The notes under the pieces: model-generated
Database searches by the model: none
Told to the model about the DNA's origin: nothing
The model's input: only the letters and a program-made list of their open reading frames with translations
Made by a program: the position numbers and the translations under genes
Shown here: one piece after another, positions 61,801 through 64,000 of the stretch
Layout: each line of letters starts with the position of its first letter
Position numbering within the stretch: position 1 is the stretch's first letter
Source: Utricularia gibba
Taxonomy: Eukaryota; Plantae; Magnoliophyta
DNA: 64,000 nt
Assembly (NCBI GenBank): GCA_002189035.1
Contig: NEEC01000007.1
Coordinates: forward strand, 3,410,001 to 3,474,000
Direction of reading: 5' to 3'

Positions 61801-62229
61801 TTCCTTCAAATAAATATGAAGTGTTGGGGATTTAAGATGAGATTATCAATATGCTCAATGTAGTACACATTTTGATGCAAGGTAATGGAGAGAAAGTTTA
61901 GCAATGCAACAATAATTGAATAAAAGAGGGAAATCAACCTCAATAGCAGAATTCGAGCATTGTTTTGAATACCAAATGATATGAGTCACACTCAAATAAA
62001 ATGATCACAAGTACTAGAGCACCACAATACTCTACAATACCATAATGAGAAATCGAGTGAACAAGAAGTAGCATGGTTACAAATCCATAATGGAGCTCCT
62101 ACCCATAGTCCTCCCATCCACATGAAGGCTTGACATAGTTGGATTCCTCTTAAAACAAAAGTCAATAAAAGTCCATCCCTTTTCTCCAAGCAGTTGGTTT
62201 TTGTAATTAGCTAAAATTACTTATTAAAA

Positions 62230-63340
62230 CAGGCCTCTAGATGATTGGACTATCTTCAAGCTTGCCCAGTAGTATATGTATCATTCTCACCAGGTGTAAA
62301 AGCATTTGATCTTGAATGCTCAGCATGCTAAGGGAATATGTGTTGCACAATGAAGACATCAGACGAGTGGAGCCAAGAGGTAGGCAAACTCTATAAGCAT
62401 TAGAGTTGATCTTAGTCAAAACTTCAATAGGTCCTAGCTTCTTGAATGCAAGCTTATGATACCTGTTTTTTGTGACCAAAATCCAAACAAGATCACTTAC
62501 GTGGAAATTTACATGGCACTGGCTCTTGTTGGTACTTTTCTTATGACATTCATTCACCTCCTGAAGGTGCTATTGAATTATTTGATGGAGGTCCTAAAGA
62601 GAATGAATGAAGTCAGCTACATGATCATGATTGTGCTGCTGATTGGGTAAATTCACCGAGAGTTTCATGGATCCCCTAGTTGTCTTGAATATACAATCTA
62701 AAAAGGGCTGAAACTATGCTTCGATTCAGAGTATGATTATGCACAAACTCAGCCTTAGATAAGTGTAGATCCCACGCTTTTAAATGATTGACCACCTTAG
62801 TTTGATCGTTTGTTTTCAAGTGATATGTGCTACTAAAATTGAGATTTATATTGACTAATCTCCATAAACTTTTCCAAAATGCCCAAAAAACTTAGTGTCA
62901 TGATCGGACACTATGATGAGAGGAAGACCATCCAAACGATACACTCCACACAAGAATATGTGGGTTATAATATTAACATCCAAGGTTCTTCGAAATAAAA
63001 TGTACTATTTTGTAGACTCCATCAACCACCACATAAATATAATAATGAATATATAGAGAAATTCTGGTAAATTTTAAACGAAATCCATGTTGATATAAGT
63101 TCAAGGTTGATAAAAAATAGATAGTGAACAGTAGAGACCTGCATTAGAGATTGTTCTTTTGGCTCATTGACAAGTATGACTGATGTTGCGTTATATCTAG
63201 ATGTATTTATGTTTAGTTTTTAGTAATAATATGATAGAAATACTCAAACGAGAGAAGAAAATAGCTCAAAGTACATTGGCTCCAATTTCACATGATGAAA
63301 ACTCGAATGCACCCAATTTTCCCTTACTCTGATGACAAAG
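62230..63340 (-). mobile_element. Degenerate Ty3/gypsy (CRM-like) integrase relic
   Basis: HTCQ.AK..SNAGLY; MDFVLNLP; DGLPLIIVSDHDTKF; SSTYH; VSDLVWILV..KLGPIEVLTKINSNAY (ORF 62237-62557). Confidence 0.75.
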
Positions 63341-64000
63341 TGAGTTTACTGTTCAATAGAGGCCATGTGAATCTGGCTCATTTGGGTTGGCCCATGTGAT
63401 TTTACTAGTTCACTAGATATATTTTTTTTTAGAATAGGGGCAAAGTGAAAATAGAAGTATGGGTGAGAAGTTGAATTTGGAGGTGAGAGAACAAAAAGGA
63501 TAGTAGCCAACAACAGGGAAAATGATGAGTTCATAGTGTCTAAGCCTCAAGCTTTTATTTTCTACAAGATATATATTTTTTTACAACACGGCTTTTCTGT
63601 TGTGCCCGCCTTTTGTACCTCTCTGCCTCTTTTTTTTTCTTTACATATAGCTCGACTTTTTTTTAGATTTGAGCTTGCCTTTTATCATTCAAAATTTTTT
63701 ATGTGCATCAGCCATGATCTATGTGTCTAACTCAGCACTCCTCAAAAATCCACATACTAGCAGGCCACGTACAAGCTATTCACAAGAAAGTCTTAGTGCA
63801 AATAGAGCAAAACACAGGTCGCATGCATGCACTTTTCTACAAAATCTGGCTACCCTCATATAAGTCTTACGCAGGTAAGAACTAAAAAGGCTAAGTCCTC
63901 ATAGAAGCAAAGAGGTAGGTATCCTAAATGTCTAGAATGAACCGAAATTCCTAAACATGCTCAGCAGTACTCGAGGCAACAAAAGACAGACAAACAACTA

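Noticed and set aside
58850-62200. Retroelement-like sequence (Tekay-like LTR texture, purine tracts)
   Set aside because: Probably TE-derived, but I could not fix termini, a PBS or protein motifs.

Overview
Plant nuclear genomic DNA: spliceosomal introns, LTR retrotransposons and nuclear-encoded plastid proteins. No rRNA, tRNA gene or CRISPR array was seen. Layout: (i) 1-15.2 kb is nested retroelement debris (Athila/Tat-like element and LTRs, an Angela-type copia gag insert, a Tekay-like gag and LTR carrying a Mutator MITE, and a gag-less Reina-like chromovirus). (ii) 15.4-40.7 kb is a compact gene island: frame-broken HIG1, MCTP/FTIP, PP2-A10-like, DUF2045/KIAA0930-like, a small unknown protein, a two-RRM hnRNP, a hAT element with intact ends, a BSD protein, IST1-like, plastid ATP synthase delta and a HIPP. 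(iii) 41-52 kb is TE debris (TRIM, nested solo LTRs, a CRM solo LTR, a deleted copia). (iv) 52.9-56.5 kb holds two genes that each carry a 1-bp frameshift (a conserved TM protein and PDE338/RLSB). (v) 57-64 kb is LTR and integrase relics. I cannot support a new multi-gene biological system. The most unusual signals are a copia gag fragment that begins with the tRNA-iMet 3' end and sits inside an exact 74-bp duplication, a solo LTR flanked by a 150-bp duplication, two or three GC-AG introns in one gene, a TRIM with a 50-bp internal domain, and 1-bp frameshifts in three host genes (real pseudogenisation or assembly error). Family assignments come from motif recognition by eye, not database searches.
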